From contig CAWECG010000004.1 in the NCBI GenBank assembly GCA_963807605.1, positions 512,001 through 576,000 of the forward strand: a DNA stretch of 64,000 bases, given 5' to 3'. Of the stretch, positions 31,301-41,704 are shown in pieces. The notes below the pieces were generated by a model. It was not told the DNA's origin. It worked only from the letters and a program-made list of their open reading frames with translations, and did not search any database. Numbering within the stretch: position 1 is the first letter of the stretch; every line of letters begins with the position of its first letter. Both the position numbers and the translations under genes were made by a program. The DNA is from Candidatus Bathyarchaeota archaeon. Its GTDB lineage: Archaea; Thermoproteota; Bathyarchaeia; 40CM-2-53-6; RBG-13-38-9.

Positions 31301-32685
31301 TTGACACTCCCCTGCCTAAAGACAGGGGATTCTAGCTTCTATCATGTTCATCGGTTGATGGGTCATAGCGTTGTCGCGCTCCCACCTCATTCCATCCCAC
31401 TTTAGAAGGTTAGGGCGTGTCATCGCCCTGTTAATGACTCCCGCAGGGAGCTTAACCCCCTGAGTGAGTCCTATATTTACAACACCAGTAGCATCCCTAT
31501 TTGCTTCTAGTCCACAGTTAAGGCATTTGAAGAGTCTACCTTTCCTCTCAATATTTTCTGACCCACATCTCACGCATTTGCTTGAAGTCTTGTATTCGCT
31601 GACTTCTTTCACTCTTATGCCGTATTCTTGTGCCGTACACTTTAGTCTTTGAATGGTGTTTTTGAAGCTCCAGAAATTATGGATCATCGAGTTGCTCTTC
31701 TTGCCTTTGCTATTGTCCTCTCTAATGCCTCTCAGATCCCCTATCACAATCCTTGAGAACTCCCAGTTCGTAGAGGTCTCTTACCATGCTTCTTATCATG
31801 GTGTTGATGGCCTGTCGGAATCTCCGCTGCCTCACCCTGTACAGTCTACTGAGGTTCTTTGAACTCTTCTTGCCGTTGATTGTCTCAAGCATGCCCTGGC
31901 AATCCGCTATTCTCCTATTCCAGTACCACCAATCAGAGAGTAGATTTCTCCCACTGTATGCTATTGGTTGCCTCCATCCTTCAAGCCAAATGGTGAACAG
32001 GTTAATGATACCGATGTCGATGTAGCATGTCTTAGAGCCTTTCGGCTTGAACAATGGCCTAACCTTTACAGCCTGAAAGACACGCCACTTCCCACCCAAA
32101 TCATCATAGATGACCTCGGCCTTTCCCTGCTTCCCACTCCATCTCGGCTTGCCTCGGATGGTTATCTTTAACTTCTTTGGCAGTCTCATCACTCCATCCT
32201 TGAGGCGGTAGATGTCGTTTCTCAGAACCATCATCAGCCGGTACTTTCCATTCCTCTTCCAGTATCCAGGCATACACACCTTCTCAATGTTTGGTGGGAG
32301 TTTACCCTCTCGCTCCAGCTGCTTTAATGTGAAGAAGCTCCTCCATGACTCGTTGCTCTTCCTGATGATCTGTTGAGATGTCGCCGAATCGATTAGTGGT
32401 GTGTACTTTTGATAGAGGTCTTCGCACTCCCAGTCTATGGGTTGATAGTTCATGTATGCCTGTTTTTTGCGGTAGGTTGTCTCATTCCAAAGTTTAGCAC
32501 AGTTGGTAGCTCTATCCCTCAGTGTTCTTTCTTGCTCCATTGTTGGGGCAAGAATGAAGGTGTTGGTTCTCCGCATGAAACTACCATTATTACTATTGGA
32601 GTACCAGACGTTTAAACCTCAAATGTTTCTGTCTGGAGTGCAATTCATCTCCCTGCTAAATCAGGGAGCTTTCTTGCTGAGTTGG
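31301..32685 (-). mobile_element. tnpB element T3 (sibling of T1)
   Basis: Right end GAAT-hairpin-TCAA at 31301; left end AAAG-hairpin after CTAC (degenerate TTAC; boundary +/-1). Confidence 0.82.
31316..32576 (-). pseudogene. tnpB: Frameshifted tnpB
   Basis: Two ORFs collinear with T1 TnpB; frameshift near 31755. Confidence 0.88.
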
Positions 32686-33047
32686 GTAGCTCAGGATAGC
32701 GCCAGGCTATTTTTGTTCAATCGGGGTTCTATCCAATCCATATGTGATGCTGCACTCAGAACAAACCGATAGTCATGACGGGCATGCGCATAACCATAGT
32801 CATTGAGAGCAAGCAGAATTCTCGGGCTGAAGAACCATTATTTCAAGAAGGAAAGTCTTCCTTGCCATAATTGTGGCTTTGGTAATCATAGGTGCCAGGA
32901 GTCTTCTTATCCCTTCAACAACACCCCTTTGTGAGCGACGATACGACACGGATTCCACACACTGTCATGAATTGCTTCAGTCGGCGGGAATGAAAAAGAA
33001 ACGTGGTCACTGCGAGGATCCTTGTCTTGGGGGGATGCTGGCCCCAG

Positions 33048-35321
33048 CTATTGATTGTTGAAGTGTGTCCTGAATCGTTTTCGGATTTGTAGGATTATGA
33101 ACAGTGGCGTGACAACGTAGATTGCTGTTGATGTTATGGCTGCAGATAGAAATGCGATTACTGCTGCAAAGGAGGTGTTGACAGTCGCAGTTAGGGTGTA
33201 GATGCTTGCTGTCAGATGTATTATTCCGACAAGGGGCAGTAATAGGACTCGGAATGTTGATTGAAGCGCATCGTTTGATGCGATAAGTTGTGCGAGGGGG
33301 GGCGACCATGAATAGTAGAATGTATTCCATCCATTGACGAGGGTCCTTCCAGTTTGGCTTGAGCCTATCATGTTGTCTCTTACATGTCGCATGTAGACTA
33401 CTTCAGGAGCCATCGCACTTCCATACGCGGCAGTAGCGATAATGCACTGGAATGTGCCTGGTGAGGTCGTAGGTGATGGGTTAAAAGGTGGCGTAGAAGT
33501 TGGTAATGGATAGACTGGCGTTGGTGATGTGGAAGGTGTCGTTGTACTCGTCGTCGTCGTGGTTGGTTGATTCTGGGCTGGTCCCACGCTGAAAACTGTG
33601 CCTGTAAGCTGGGAGAGATTCGGCGTAGTACTAGCTGTAACCTGCATCCAGACACTATTGGTTGTGTTATCAACTTGTGAGCCTATGCATTGTTGCCATA
33701 AGGATCCGTACAGGTAGTAAAGCGCAAGGTTAGACTCGCTTAGTCCAGAACTAGTAAGATCAGCCTGAGTAAAGTAAACCCGAACCACAACCCAGTTTAC
33801 CCCACCCGCACTGCTCAGGCGGAAGTCAACCCACTTTCCTAGAAGAGGGTATGAGGTTGGATTGCCGGGATTTACAGGAAAAGATGAGAGTGTCACCGTG
33901 GGGGTTCCTGTTTGAGTGTTGATTTGACCGGTTAAATTGAAGGATGGGCTGCCAACAGTCGTGGTTGTTTGAGATGGAATGTTGAATGACTCCAAGTACT
34001 GGTTGTAAAACTTGAAAACGAACGAGTTGTTCGTGGGTGTCCCGCTCAACTGTTGGTTGGAATACCACCGTTCAGATGAAGTTGAGCCTGTTAGCGGATT
34101 CGGTCTGACAGACCATGATGCGTCACTAGCAACCCTAAGGGTGGTAGGGGTGGTTGTTAGTGTGTATTGCTGGCTTGCATATCCCTGGGTTCCATTAAAG
34201 TAGAATATGGGGGGGGAGTAGCCTGAACCTCCTCCTATTACAGAGTAACTAACAGTCAATACAATAGTCGTGGTTGGAGCAACCGTGAAGTTCGCCTGCG
34301 CGCTAACTGAAGTATCACTAGCCAAAACAGTGTAAGTGCCATACGCTGCAGAAGGAACCGAAAACCTTACTCCAAGAAACCCTCCAGAACCATTAATATA
34401 TCCTCCACTGGCAACCGCAGCCCCATTAAACTTTATCGTCAAAGGATTATTAGGAACAAAGCCAGCCCCTGAGACAGTTACTGCGGTACCTGGAGGCCCC
34501 GTCGTCGGACTCAGAGTAATGGATGGACCAACCGTGAAGGGTGTCACAGCAACGTTTCCGAAGTAATCACTAGCCTGAACAGTCCAACCGCCAGCCGGTG
34601 AAAGAGGAATCGTAAAATTTAGGTCACTGAAATTCCCAAGTTGATCAGTATAAACGGTATTACTCGTAGTCGTAAACGAACCCCAAGTTCCCCACAACGT
34701 TACAATGATCTGATTATAAGTTGGATATGATGAGGGGGAAGGAACGAAGCCAGACCCTGAGGCAGTTATTAACGTGCCTACAGGCCCCTTCGTCGCCACC
34801 GTACCATTCGAATATTCCAGCTTAAGGGAAGTAAGCCAGAAGGTTGCCGTAGCAAATACGCCATTGCTATCAGTAACCGTAACAGTGTGAGGGCCAACGC
34901 CAAGCGCTGGAGAAGGAACCGTAAACGTTACTCCAGCAAAAGATCCAGAAAAATCAGTTTGAGCACTACCGTAAGTATTACTAGGACCGGGCGTAACCGA
35001 CATCCCACCATACTTTATCGTAATCGTAATTGTGCTTCCTGTGGTGGAAGGAGTAAAGCCAGACCCTGTGACAGTTACTACGGTAAGTGCAGCTCCACTC
35101 TTTGGAGTCAGAGTAATGGCTGCTGCTGCTGATGATGGTGTTACGATGAGAACTGCGCTCAGGGTGAACATTAGCACCAGAATGAAGGCGGCTACAAAAC
35201 CCTTTCGTGTTCTCGATGTTTGTATTCGATGATAACCGCTGTTCTTCCGGACAGTTCTTCCCCTTACTCGGAAGCACCTTGAAGGATAGCTAAATAGCTT
35301 GGAAATAGCTCCAGCCAACAA
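33048..35321 (-). CDS. Surface protein: IPT/TIG-like repeats, Thr/Pro linker, CFI-box-CTERM
   Basis: Repeated ITL.P..G..GT.VTV.G.GF; FQCIIATAAYGSAMAPEV..MR.VRD. True start probably ~100 nt downstream. Confidence 0.82.
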   Translation of the reverse strand: MLAGAISKLFSYPSRCFRVRGRTVRKNSGYHRIQTSRTRKGFVAAFILVLMFTLSAVLIVTPSSAAAAITLTPKSGAALTVVTVTGSGFTPSTTGSTITITIKYGGMSVTPGPSNTYGSAQTDFSGSFAGVTFTVPSPALGVGPHTVTVTDSNGVFATATFWLTSLKLEYSNGTVATKGPVGTLITASGSGFVPSPSSYPTYNQIIVTLWGTWGSFTTTSNTVYTDQLGNFSDLNFTIPLSPAGGWTVQASDYFGNVAVTPFTVGPSITLSPTTGPPGTAVTVSGAGFVPNNPLTIKFNGAAVASGGYINGSGGFLGVRFSVPSAAYGTYTVLASDTSVSAQANFTVAPTTTIVLTVSYSVIGGGSGYSPPIFYFNGTQGYASQQYTLTTTPTTLRVASDASWSVRPNPLTGSTSSERWYSNQQLSGTPTNNSFVFKFYNQYLESFNIPSQTTTTVGSPSFNLTGQINTQTGTPTVTLSSFPVNPGNPTSYPLLGKWVDFRLSSAGGVNWVVVRVYFTQADLTSSGLSESNLALYYLYGSLWQQCIGSQVDNTTNSVWMQVTASTTPNLSQLTGTVFSVGPAQNQPTTTTTSTTTPSTSPTPVYPLPTSTPPFNPSPTTSPGTFQCIIATAAYGSAMAPEVVYMRHVRDNMIGSSQTGRTLVNGWNTFYYSWSPPLAQLIASNDALQSTFRVLLLPLVGIIHLTASIYTLTATVNTSFAAVIAFLSAAITSTAIYVVTPLFIILQIRKRFRTHFNNQ

Positions 35322-35448
35322 TCGGCACCTGAATATAGTGGTTACAGCCCGAAATTAAAACTTGACCCCGACCAGACGATGCAACCCCTGGGGGTTTAGC
35401 TAGGAAGGAAGTATTGAAATCTGTGTGCGGGTTTCTGAGGTGTGCCTG

Positions 35449-35838
35449 TTAGACTCTGCCTGTAGAGGCGTCTTTTTCCTTGAGAACCTCAATCAGCGTA
35501 GTGATGCTGTAGAGCAGACTCAAGGCTCCTCCCGGGAAGAATGCACATTTGAGGGCTTCAAGGATCTCCTCCTTAGTCGCGCCTTTCTCAAGGGCTCGCT
35601 TCATGTGATTCTTCATACCAGAGGCATCCCCTGGATTACGCGCCGCGATAGCGCATATGAAGAAGAGCTCCTTTACTTTCTCTGGAAAGATTCGTGTTCT
35701 AAGCATCGCCAGCTCGTAGAGCTTGTCGTAGGTCTCAAGGAATTCAGGGTCGTCCTCCGCCAGCATTCTATAAGAAGGGTATATGTAGCCTCGCTTCTTC
35801 ATCATGACCTCAAGAAGCTTCCTTGACCTTTCACTCAT
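35449..35838 (-). CDS. Carboxymuconolactone decarboxylase/AhpD-like protein
   Basis: K.KEL, H...AL..GAT.EEI.EAL. Confidence 0.85.
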   Translation of the reverse strand: MSERSRKLLEVMMKKRGYIYPSYRMLAEDDPEFLETYDKLYELAMLRTRIFPEKVKELFFICAIAARNPGDASGMKNHMKRALEKGATKEEILEALKCAFFPGGALSLLYSITTLIEVLKEKDASTGRV

Positions 35839-35940
35839 CTTGTTTCACTCATGAATAAGCGCCAAGGTCTTAATTTAACGCTATCTGGCGATTACAATAT
35901 CGCTTAGATTCCGGATGTTCATGACCTCCGGTGGGTGTTG

Positions 35941-35957
35941 AAAATAAAAAAAGGGAA
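35941..35957 (-). terminator. Oligo-T archaeal terminator after the 35975-38263 gene
   Basis: CTTCCCTTTTTTTATTTT just downstream of the stop on the minus strand. Confidence 0.55.
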
Positions 35958-35974
35958 GTGGAGTTTAGATGTGC

Positions 35975-38263
35975 TTAGTGGAGAATTCTCTGGGTTTGTG
36001 TTACAGTGATCATCACTGCAGAGGCAATGGTTGTCAGGACGAATGCGGCTGTTCCAATCATCATTAGCGGCGATATTGCTGAGATTTCAGCTACCAATAT
36101 CAATGCCGCACTTGAAAGCCATGCTACGGCCAGAGGTTTACCTGACATGTGGATGGTTAATCTTCTCCTTCTGGCCAGTTCGATAGCTAGCAATGTTATC
36201 GGGGCAAAGTAGACTATTCCAATTAGAGTGCTGGCCACAATACCGGCTACGACTACTGCTAATTCAGGAGCAAAGCTTAGGGCTGAATATGACCATTGGG
36301 CCAAGTAGAGCGTGCCTAGCAGCGGGTATATGACTGCTTTTGAAATGTTTCTCAGTACTAGGTTGCTCTTCACCTGCTGGGCAACGGCTGGACTGAACGA
36401 GTAGTACCACGCGTTGAACACGTTCATGAACTGGTTGCCTGCGAAGGTTGTCTGGATCGAACGGTCTCTGAAGAGTCTGAGGAAGTATACCTCAGGAGCC
36501 ATTTCTGAGCCGTAGGTCGCTGTGGCTATTATGCATGGTCTTCCGGCTGTTGGCGATATAGTCAAAGTTGCATAGGCATAGCGTGTCTTCGTTCCACTTG
36601 TTCCTGTGACTGTAATTGTGCCAGTCCCTGCTGGAGCTGTCGGTGCTGTCGTGATTGTCAGAGTAGATGCGACCAAACCATTCGGTGGAGGTGTGACTGT
36701 CGGAGGAGCTATCGCTGCTGTTGCACCAGAGCTAGATGGCATTATGATGGAGAGTGCCACTGGATTGTTGAAGGAGTTTATTGAGTTAACATCTACCGTG
36801 ACGCTCGTCGATGAGCCATTGCGTACACTGGGTGAGTTTGGACTCAATGTCAGAGAGAAGTCTGTCGGGGCCACAATTATCAGCGTGACCTGGGCCATGT
36901 GACTCTCCGTTCCAGATGTTCCAGTGATATTGAGAGTATAGGTTCCGAGCGGAGCGGTAGGAGATATCGCCAGGCTTAGGGTTGACGAGATAGAGCTCGC
37001 CGGAGGTATCAGTATTGATACTGGATTGAAGCTTGGTGTTACTCCTGCAGGTAGACCCGCGACTGTCATGGTCATTGTTGCACTATAGTCATTTGATGAG
37101 GTACCATTTACTGTGTAGGTTACCGTTGAATTCTGTTGCGCCGGAATTGAGGCAGGCGTGACGCTGACAGCGAAGTCACCTACACTGATAGACACTGTAA
37201 CAGCACTCGTAAGGTACCCATACGTACCTTTTAACGTCAGAGCGTACGTGCCTTCAGCTAGAGAGGAGTTTGTGCAGACTGTCGCAACCGAGGTAGCAGT
37301 TCCCATAGGTGCAGGCGTAACGGTCGATGGATTCATGTGCGCAGTCATTCCAGCGGGCAGGCCTGTAAGGTTCAGCGCCACCTGCGAACTGAAGGTCCCC
37401 ACCGACATGACTGCTATCTGGAAGTTTGCGCACTTTCCGCGTATCACTGATTGAGCGAAGGGTGTTGCCGTGACGGTGAAGCCGTTTACTCTTAGCGTTA
37501 TCGCCCATGTATGAATCCTTGTATTTGGTATGGTACCTGTTGTTCCCGTGATAACCAGGGAGTAGTTTCCGGCTTGCGTGAGAGTTGTGGTTGACAATTT
37601 TAGGGTTGCGGTAGCAGTCGAGTAATCAGAGAGAGAAATTGTTGGTGATGGGGTGAATACTGCTGATATTGAGCTTGGAATACTGGGTGCCACCAGCAGA
37701 GCAACAGTGAAATTCGTTGAACCCGGCGAGTAGGCCTCTAGGGTAATCTGGATTGTTCCGTAGCCTCCTGGCACAACATCAACTATTGTCCCAGGAGTAC
37801 TGGAGAGTCGGAAGTCTGTAGATGCTTGCGTGTATTGAAATACATCTAGAGTTGCCGTTCCCGTTGCAGACGGATAAGCAGTGTTTACAGGAGTACCCGT
37901 CACTGTTATCGTGTAGGTGGTTAGAGGGACTCCCGCTCCAACGGTGGCCAATAGATAGGTGAAAGCCTGCCCGTTCGTTGGGACATTTACGGTGCTACCT
38001 CCAGGAAAGCTAAATGATAGCCCAGCGGTGATCGTGCTAGTGACGTTAAGGTTCACTAGTCCGGCGAATCCGCTGACTGATTGAACCAAGACAGAATAGT
38101 AGCCAAACTGGTTCAGTGTATTATCACACGTCTGAGTTACCGGGCTGACCACCACGTTGACTCCTGTCAGTTGAGCTTTAGATTCCCCAATGTTGGGTAC
38201 TGCTCCAGCGGTCAACAATGATATCAAAGACAATATCAGAAGTAGAGAAGCGTATCGTTTCAT
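35975..38263 (-). CDS. Surface (S-layer-like) protein with ~5 Ig-like repeats and CFI-box-CTERM
   Basis: Signal peptide; DF.L...P repeats; RPCIIATATYGSEMAPEVYFLRLFRD; 3 C-terminal TMs. Confidence 0.87.
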   Translation of the reverse strand: MKRYASLLLILSLISLLTAGAVPNIGESKAQLTGVNVVVSPVTQTCDNTLNQFGYYSVLVQSVSGFAGLVNLNVTSTITAGLSFSFPGGSTVNVPTNGQAFTYLLATVGAGVPLTTYTITVTGTPVNTAYPSATGTATLDVFQYTQASTDFRLSSTPGTIVDVVPGGYGTIQITLEAYSPGSTNFTVALLVAPSIPSSISAVFTPSPTISLSDYSTATATLKLSTTTLTQAGNYSLVITGTTGTIPNTRIHTWAITLRVNGFTVTATPFAQSVIRGKCANFQIAVMSVGTFSSQVALNLTGLPAGMTAHMNPSTVTPAPMGTATSVATVCTNSSLAEGTYALTLKGTYGYLTSAVTVSISVGDFAVSVTPASIPAQQNSTVTYTVNGTSSNDYSATMTMTVAGLPAGVTPSFNPVSILIPPASSISSTLSLAISPTAPLGTYTLNITGTSGTESHMAQVTLIIVAPTDFSLTLSPNSPSVRNGSSTSVTVDVNSINSFNNPVALSIIMPSSSGATAAIAPPTVTPPPNGLVASTLTITTAPTAPAGTGTITVTGTSGTKTRYAYATLTISPTAGRPCIIATATYGSEMAPEVYFLRLFRDRSIQTTFAGNQFMNVFNAWYYSFSPAVAQQVKSNLVLRNISKAVIYPLLGTLYLAQWSYSALSFAPELAVVVAGIVASTLIGIVYFAPITLLAIELARRRRLTIHMSGKPLAVAWLSSAALILVAEISAISPLMMIGTAAFVLTTIASAVMITVTQTQRILH

Positions 38264-38419
38264 CTAGTTCTCCTCCTTATGGTGTTCCAAGTATTCGGAT
38301 ATAGCGATCTCGAGCTCTTCGCTTTGTTTCTTGGTTGTTCCATGTTTCTTTATTACTTGTCCAAGAAATTTCTTCCACAATTTATCATCTATCTGCATCG
38401 TAGTTTTATGTTTTGGCAT
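38264..38419 (-). CDS. Ribbon-helix-helix DNA-binding protein (51 aa)
   Basis: Below the ORF-track cutoff: MPKHKTTMQIDDKLWKKF...SEELEIAISEYLE. TAG abuts the next ATG, and the GGAGG SD for that gene lies inside this ORF. Confidence 0.78.
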   Translation of the reverse strand: MPKHKTTMQIDDKLWKKFLGQVIKKHGTTKKQSEELEIAISEYLEHHKEEN

Positions 38420-38450
38420 CAGGGTTTTTCCCCGTAAGAGCGTGAATGCG

Positions 38451-38473
38451 TGGTACCATATTTAATATTTTTC
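38451..38473 (-). promoter_or_regulatory. BRE/TATA promoter of the RHH-surface protein operon with adjacent TGGTACCA palindrome
   Basis: Minus strand GAAAAATATTAAATATGGTACCA about 40 nt upstream of ATG 38419. Confidence 0.5.
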
Positions 38474-38699
38474 AATCATTTTTTGTTGATTGCTCACTAC
38501 AAAATCAAAAACAATTCGAACAGCGCTCTTTGGGTTCGAATAGACCAACTTCCGAGTATTTTCACAAAATTGTGGGCTCTCTAAGGCGCACGGTTTCCCT
38601 CAGACTTGTTAATGCTTTCTCTCGCATAATCCTAAGATATACGTACATTAATGTACACAAAAGCTTAAAATAGAGTATTCATAACCATAGTTGTCCTAG

Positions 38700-39422
38700 T
38701 TGAAATCTTCATCAACCAGACTATCAGTCGTGACAGGAACATTGGATCCAAGCCATTATCCTCTCATGCTTGAAATCGAATGCCTCCGACCACATGAGCA
38801 AGTAGACCCATTCAGATTAGAGGACTTGAAGAAACAACTTGCAGATGACGGCTTCCAGAAAGATCCCATAATAGTTGATGAAAAGTATCTGATAGTGATC
38901 GATGGACATCACAGGATATTAGCTCTGAAAGCCCTCGGCTACCACAAGGTTGTCGCGCACAAGATAAAGTATCTTGATGATGATAGAGTCGTTCTAGGAA
39001 CATGGTATCCAGTCATCAGAGGCTCCAGAGCCAAACTCCTCAAAGCACTTCAGAGATTCATGGAGACCTCAAATCAGGTGAAGGAGGGAGCACAGTCACC
39101 TTTACTCATTCTCAGCAATCGAGAGTACGTCCTCAAAGCCAATAGAAAGGCCATCATGGATTCGTTGTTGGGAAGGTTCAAGATAGAATACGTTTCAGAC
39201 GTAGAGACTGCGAAGAGGCTCGCACAAGACGAAGAATGCGCGGGGATAATAGTGTTCGGATCAATAAACAAGGAAGATGTTGTAAGAGCCGCTTTGTCAG
39301 GCACAATCTTACCTCCGAAGACTACCCAGCACATAGTCCCAAACAAACCTGCAGACTGGTTCATACCTCTTGAGATGCTGGGCAACGGCGTCCAGCTTCA
39401 ACCCACAATAGGAAGAGGATGA
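38700..39422 (+). CDS. ParB/Srx-domain protein, SerK-like
   Basis: L.PHE, PIIVD..IDGHHR, LPPKTT.H. Confidence 0.75.
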   Translation: MKSSSTRLSVVTGTLDPSHYPLMLEIECLRPHEQVDPFRLEDLKKQLADDGFQKDPIIVDEKYLIVIDGHHRILALKALGYHKVVAHKIKYLDDDRVVLGTWYPVIRGSRAKLLKALQRFMETSNQVKEGAQSPLLILSNREYVLKANRKAIMDSLLGRFKIEYVSDVETAKRLAQDEECAGIIVFGSINKEDVVRAALSGTILPPKTTQHIVPNKPADWFIPLEMLGNGVQLQPTIGRG

Positions 39423-39470
39423 GACCTCACCAGACACTAGATATTCTGTATCAAAACAGAGTGCAGTAAT

Positions 39471-40268
39471 TTAAGGTGGTTCAAAGAATTCGCTGATCTT
39501 CTTGGTTGCTTTCTTCTTGATGAATTGAGCGCACGTACGGGGGGTCAGCCTCTTGAACTCTAATCCAAGAACTGCCATCATTCCTTGGGCTCCAGATTTT
39601 AGGCCTGGAGCCGCGACAACTCCCCTAACGTGTAACCCAGTGGTTTTATTCACTGCATCAACGTAACGCTTCAACTGAAGGACCGCATCCTTCCCTGCGG
39701 CAGATCGCTTCAATTCGACAACCACAACTCTCCCCTTAGCATCTCTGCCGTAGAAATCAATGAAGCCAGGTTCAACCTTCCGCTCAAAATCAACAAGTTT
39801 CAAACCCTCCTCCAAAATATTCGGGTTTGAGGTGAGAGCGTCCCTCATCTGGTCCTCACTGACGTACAGGTTGAATTCTGCTTTGTCCATGGGCCTGAAT
39901 GATGCGACAAACAGCAAGTCATTGAAGAATATTTCCAAAGTCTCCCTAGGCTTTGGTCGCTGAACTCTGATCCTGAGCAGAGATTGATCAGCAGAGACGT
40001 GGAGAGTGCATCTGGGAGGCTGCCAGTTCACGGGCTCATAACCTGTTGCCCTATGAACCTGAACAGAGCCGTCTTCTTTTATCAGCGTGACTCTCTCTCC
40101 CCAGTCTAGGCTTGAGGACGCCCTTCCATGGTATTTGCATTGGCAGTTTCCCGCAATTATTACGAGATCTCCTCTTCGAAATGAGTCTTGAAGACAGCCT
40201 GCCGCCTTCTGCAAATCCGGCTTTTCCAGCAGTAGCATCTTTGCGCTTGTCTTTGGTCGCTCGTGCAA
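39471..40268 (-). CDS. nucS: Mismatch endonuclease NucS/EndoMS
   Basis: Y.GRA.S.L, K.DGSV.VH, PVNWQP, G.ID, VELK, QL.RY. Confidence 0.93.
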   Translation of the reverse strand: MHERPKTSAKMLLLEKPDLQKAAGCLQDSFRRGDLVIIAGNCQCKYHGRASSSLDWGERVTLIKEDGSVQVHRATGYEPVNWQPPRCTLHVSADQSLLRIRVQRPKPRETLEIFFNDLLFVASFRPMDKAEFNLYVSEDQMRDALTSNPNILEEGLKLVDFERKVEPGFIDFYGRDAKGRVVVVELKRSAAGKDAVLQLKRYVDAVNKTTGLHVRGVVAAPGLKSGAQGMMAVLGLEFKRLTPRTCAQFIKKKATKKISEFFEPP

Positions 40269-40359
40269 TTTCGCTCGGCCCCCACCTTTGATCGTAATCG
40301 AGGCAACATGTTCAAAAGTTTTATAGGGACTTGCTGGTGCACATCAGCATGGGATAGTC

Positions 40360-40593
40360 TTGGAACCATCGAAGAAGCCACTGAACCTGCTTATTAAGAA
40401 GATAAATCAAGAAGTCGCTGTCAGGCTGAAGAATCATTCTGAGTACAGAGGGAAGATGATAGATTGCGACGGCCACATGAACATCATTCTTGAAGGAGCC
40501 ACCGAGTATATAGGGGATGAGCCGTCGGCTAACTTCGGAAACATAATAGTTAGAGGCAATAACGTTCTGTATGTTTGTGTCGAGAAAGCATGA
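40360..40593 (+). CDS. Sm-like archaeal protein (LSm)
   Basis: V.LKN...Y.G....D..MN..L, G.I.VRGNNV. Confidence 0.92.
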   Translation: MEPSKKPLNLLIKKINQEVAVRLKNHSEYRGKMIDCDGHMNIILEGATEYIGDEPSANFGNIIVRGNNVLYVCVEKA

Positions 40594-40634
40594 CCATTCT
40601 TGGTTGCTAGTTGATTCATAGATACTTATGCAGA

Positions 40635-41564
40635 CTACAATCTTGGAAGGCTTCTGCTATCTCCTGTGACATAGGCTAGAACTCTCTCAAGGTCAGGTTT
40701 CAGACCTGCCTTCTTTCTGAAACAATTGATAACATTAGAGATATCCTTCCTGAGATAGTCTGAAGAATTAGGATGGTTAACTCCCACGCTTTGGGGCCAA
40801 TCGATTATCAGGATTTTTCCGTCTTGTTTTATGAGGATATTATACTCGCTCAAGTCGGAATGGATTAGCCCTGCCTTCAGATAGGTCCTTCTCACATTTC
40901 TCAGGATTTCTCTCAGGATTGGTTCAGCCTCCTCCATCTCAGCATACTTGAGTTCAGTGCCCGCCACTAAGCCCATTGCAATGACATGCCTATTCTGAGC
41001 AATCGGTTTGGGAACGCTGACGCCCGCCGAATAGAGGCTTTCTAGGGAAGCATATTCTTTTTCAGCCGAAAGCCTTGACTGATAAAGCCAGGAGATATGG
41101 TAGCGGTCAGCTACATACCCTCTCGTTCTAGAAGTCTGCCTGAAACTCGTCCTGCCTAGCCTGTGAAATTTTACAGCGCACCTTCTTCCTCTTGAATCAA
41201 GCGCCTCATAGATATCTGATTCTTTGCCAACGCCCAGGGACTTGCCAATGGCTTCTACTGCCCCAGAGCTTACCAGAGCTCTGAGGGCAAGAGCATCGTA
41301 GCCAAAGGTCGTCAGGGCATAGCCTTCATAGCCTAGGGAGTCTCTCGGGGGCCTGGATAAAAAACGGTCTTTGGATAACTTCCCAATCCTGTAAGTGACT
41401 TCATCGCCTCTGAGTTTAGAGGATCGGACTATTTCCTCGATAGGGGCATATTGGTGATTCTTCATCTTTAGTTCGGTTATCGAAAGAATTCTAAAGTCGT
41501 TTTTTTCAAGAAGCCTGAACTTATCGAGGAGAAGCAAGTTCGATTCGCCTAGTACTAGTGACAA
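40635..41564 (-). CDS. rio2: RIO2-type Ser/Thr kinase
   Basis: N-terminal wHTH, GVGKESD, KFHRLGRTSF, HSDLSEYN, IDWPQ. Confidence 0.92.
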   Translation of the reverse strand: MSLVLGESNLLLLDKFRLLEKNDFRILSITELKMKNHQYAPIEEIVRSSKLRGDEVTYRIGKLSKDRFLSRPPRDSLGYEGYALTTFGYDALALRALVSSGAVEAIGKSLGVGKESDIYEALDSRGRRCAVKFHRLGRTSFRQTSRTRGYVADRYHISWLYQSRLSAEKEYASLESLYSAGVSVPKPIAQNRHVIAMGLVAGTELKYAEMEEAEPILREILRNVRRTYLKAGLIHSDLSEYNILIKQDGKILIIDWPQSVGVNHPNSSDYLRKDISNVINCFRKKAGLKPDLERVLAYVTGDSRSLPRL

Positions 41565-41589
41565 AAGAGGATATTAACCAACTTACAGA

Positions 41590-41704
41590 ATGGGTATACG
41601 ATTCTCCACGTCAGAGATCAACCTCAGAGGACATAAGAATGTACAAATCGAGGGGCAGTAACTGGACGCTGAAGGTCAGCTTGGTCGCTGTCTTCACGGC
41701 ACTC
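41590..41704 (+). pseudogene. Possible internally deleted DUF371 remnant
   Basis: MGIRFSTSEINLRGHKNV resembles the DUF371 N-terminus (I.ARGH.NV); frame closes after 23 codons. Confidence 0.35.

Noticed and set aside
32800-33061. Signal-peptide-like stretch (RRKVFLAIIVALVIIG)
   Set aside because: No clear start or recognisable downstream domain; at most a decayed remnant.
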